The position numbers were made by a program, and so were the translations under genes. A stretch of DNA of 64,000 bases from Camelus dromedarius (Eukaryota): assembly GCF_036321535.1 (NCBI RefSeq), contig NC_087436.1, positions 68,760,001 through 68,824,000 on the forward strand. The letters run 5' to 3'. The notes beneath the pieces are model-generated. The model had not been told where the DNA came from, made no database searches, and saw only the letters and a program-made list of their open reading frames with translations. Every line of letters starts with the position of its first letter. Positions within the stretch are counted from its first letter, which is position 1. Below, one piece after another: positions 62,174 through 64,000 of this stretch.

Positions 62174-64000
62174 TTTAATGCCACATATTAGTAATACATT
62201 AAAATGGAAAATGGTATAATGTTAGAACTCTTCAGTTAAAACTTCTTCAGCTTAGTTTGAGCAAGATACAAATCACGCCTTTCCAGGGTTAAGTGCAATG
62301 GTTGGGACTGTAATTGGATTTTTAAAGAAAAAATTTTTAGGGAGAATGATTATACCTAGGGGTAAACTATCCATACACAGGTAACTGCTGTTGAAGATTT
62401 CTAACTTTGACCAAATATTTTTACTTTGCATGCCTGGGAGTGAAAAGAAACATTAACACCTTAGTTTTGAAAGTGACCCTCAAACACATATCTGGGTTAG
62501 GAGTCAAATGGTTAGTATCCAGGGCTGTACATGCAACAAGTAACATGATGGGAAGTGGAGCCACATCAACAACTTGTAGGCAGTATGTAGCCCTTTCACA
62601 GCCTTGGCATTTGCAGTGCAAAAGAGCTGATTTTAGTTTTGCTTTGACATATTACACATAAGGGACCCACACCATGCAGTTATTTGTCAAAACAAAACAC
62701 AGATTCTTGACAAATTATGGATAAATCTTGGGCTAGAGGGTTATTTCTAGACTTGGTCTAGAATTTCTGCAGTTTTCCATTTGCTTGAAGTCCTTCAAAT
62801 TAAGTGTTGCTGGAGAGCAATGTTTTTGTCTATAAGAATTGCCTTGAGGATTCTACTGATCTTTCTACTAAATGAGCCTTTCCTAAGTTCTGGTAAACAC
62901 TGCTCTTTTTACATCTGGAAATTTGGAGACCTTCAGTGTTCTAGGCCTCCCCCACTTTTTTTTTGTTTTTAACGACGAATCACTCACATTAATGCTTTCA
63001 GGTTTCCAAAGCATATGCACAATTTACTAGCTTTCTAAGTGGTAATAGTCTATATGTTCCATACTGTGTTCTGTATTTTCTCATATATCTTCATGGTATT
63101 TCTATGATTTCAGGAATAACAAACATTATCATTGCAATTGTACAGATGAGAAAATGGAGGCAATGCATGGGCCAATTATTTGGATGGTCCTGTGGTGACT
63201 CAGTGGAATTAGAATTAGTCAGGTAACTCTCAAGTCAGGTTCTCCATCAGCACATCCTGCCCTTGACTCTACTTCAGTCATTAAAATACACTGCAGGTCA
63301 CAAACTGAGCCTGTAAGAAACAAAAAGCCCAGGCAGCTGATGACCATTTTGTGCTTCTTTTTTGGTTTCAAGCTCAGGCTTTTAAGTTCCTGGCAAATTA
63401 ACTGGTTATCAGAAATTGCATAAAACACATCATGTAACTTAGCAGAACTTCCATTATTTCACAACCTTGATTCATTTGCTTCCCCACAAGCAAAAAAGTA
63501 AAGAAGGTGGATTAAGCCTTTGACAGGTTCTTCCCTCCTGAGTTGGGAGAGGTCTCCAGATTTATTCCCTGAATAGCTGACTCTGTCTCATCAGCGAACT
63601 CCTGCCCATCCCATCCCCTCAAAATTTCGCTTCCTGGTCAGGTTTCCTCATAAAGAGTCAGCCATACCCTGAAAGGGCAGGGCATTCTGTTTCATATCTG
63701 ATATTAGTCACACTTAACTCTGATTCTCTCAGTGTCCATTGGAATTTGTAGGGGAAATCTGCACTTGTCTCCCGGAAGTAGATGTTTATGGAAACAGCTT
63801 AATGGACAAGGATAAACAGGTTTCTGTCTAGCTGGACTCCTCAGAGTCTTTAATGTTAGTATAAGGGATGAATTTCCTAGGGGTGAATATTACAGACAGA
63901 ATTTCTAAAATGTATTCAACCACAGAGCCCTTTTTTCATAAAGCCTCTTGAGAAATTAGAGATCTGGATTTGAATCTTTGCTCCTTTTAATTATTGGAAT

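Noticed and set aside
62760..63010. Possible TMPRSS11A exon 5 (GTGAGT donor near 62985)
   Set aside because: Translation shows no similarity to the SEA-end exon; exon 5 probably lies beyond the window

Overview
AT-rich, repeat-dense mammalian genomic DNA from the HAT/DESC (TMPRSS11) type II transmembrane serine protease cluster. Two genes lie in tandem on the minus strand. TMPRSS11D (airway trypsin-like protease) contributes coding exons 1-6 (36531 down to 1721); its protease exons lie left of the window. TMPRSS11A contributes exons 6-10 (60783 down to the stop at 49957); exons 1-5 lie right of the window. All 11 exons have GT-AG boundaries and splice into open frames, and the TMPRSS11A catalytic triad is intact. 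The rest is intron or intergenic sequence filled with LINE-1, L2, CR1/L3, MIR, hAT/Tigger DNA elements, MaLR/ERVL LTR pieces and one ERVL-type gag/integrase remnant. The young L1 3' ends, and the absence of any Alu/B1/BovA/PRE1/CanSINE that I could recognise, suggest a camelid; that is an inference. Repeat family names and comparisons with human or rodent proteins are from recall, not searches, and repeat boundaries are approximate. I found no support for a new biological system. The best leads are a decayed leader of the rodent short secreted TMPRSS11D isoform, an overlapping uORF, candidate cryptic exons, squamous-epithelium enhancer motifs and several TE rearrangement scars.
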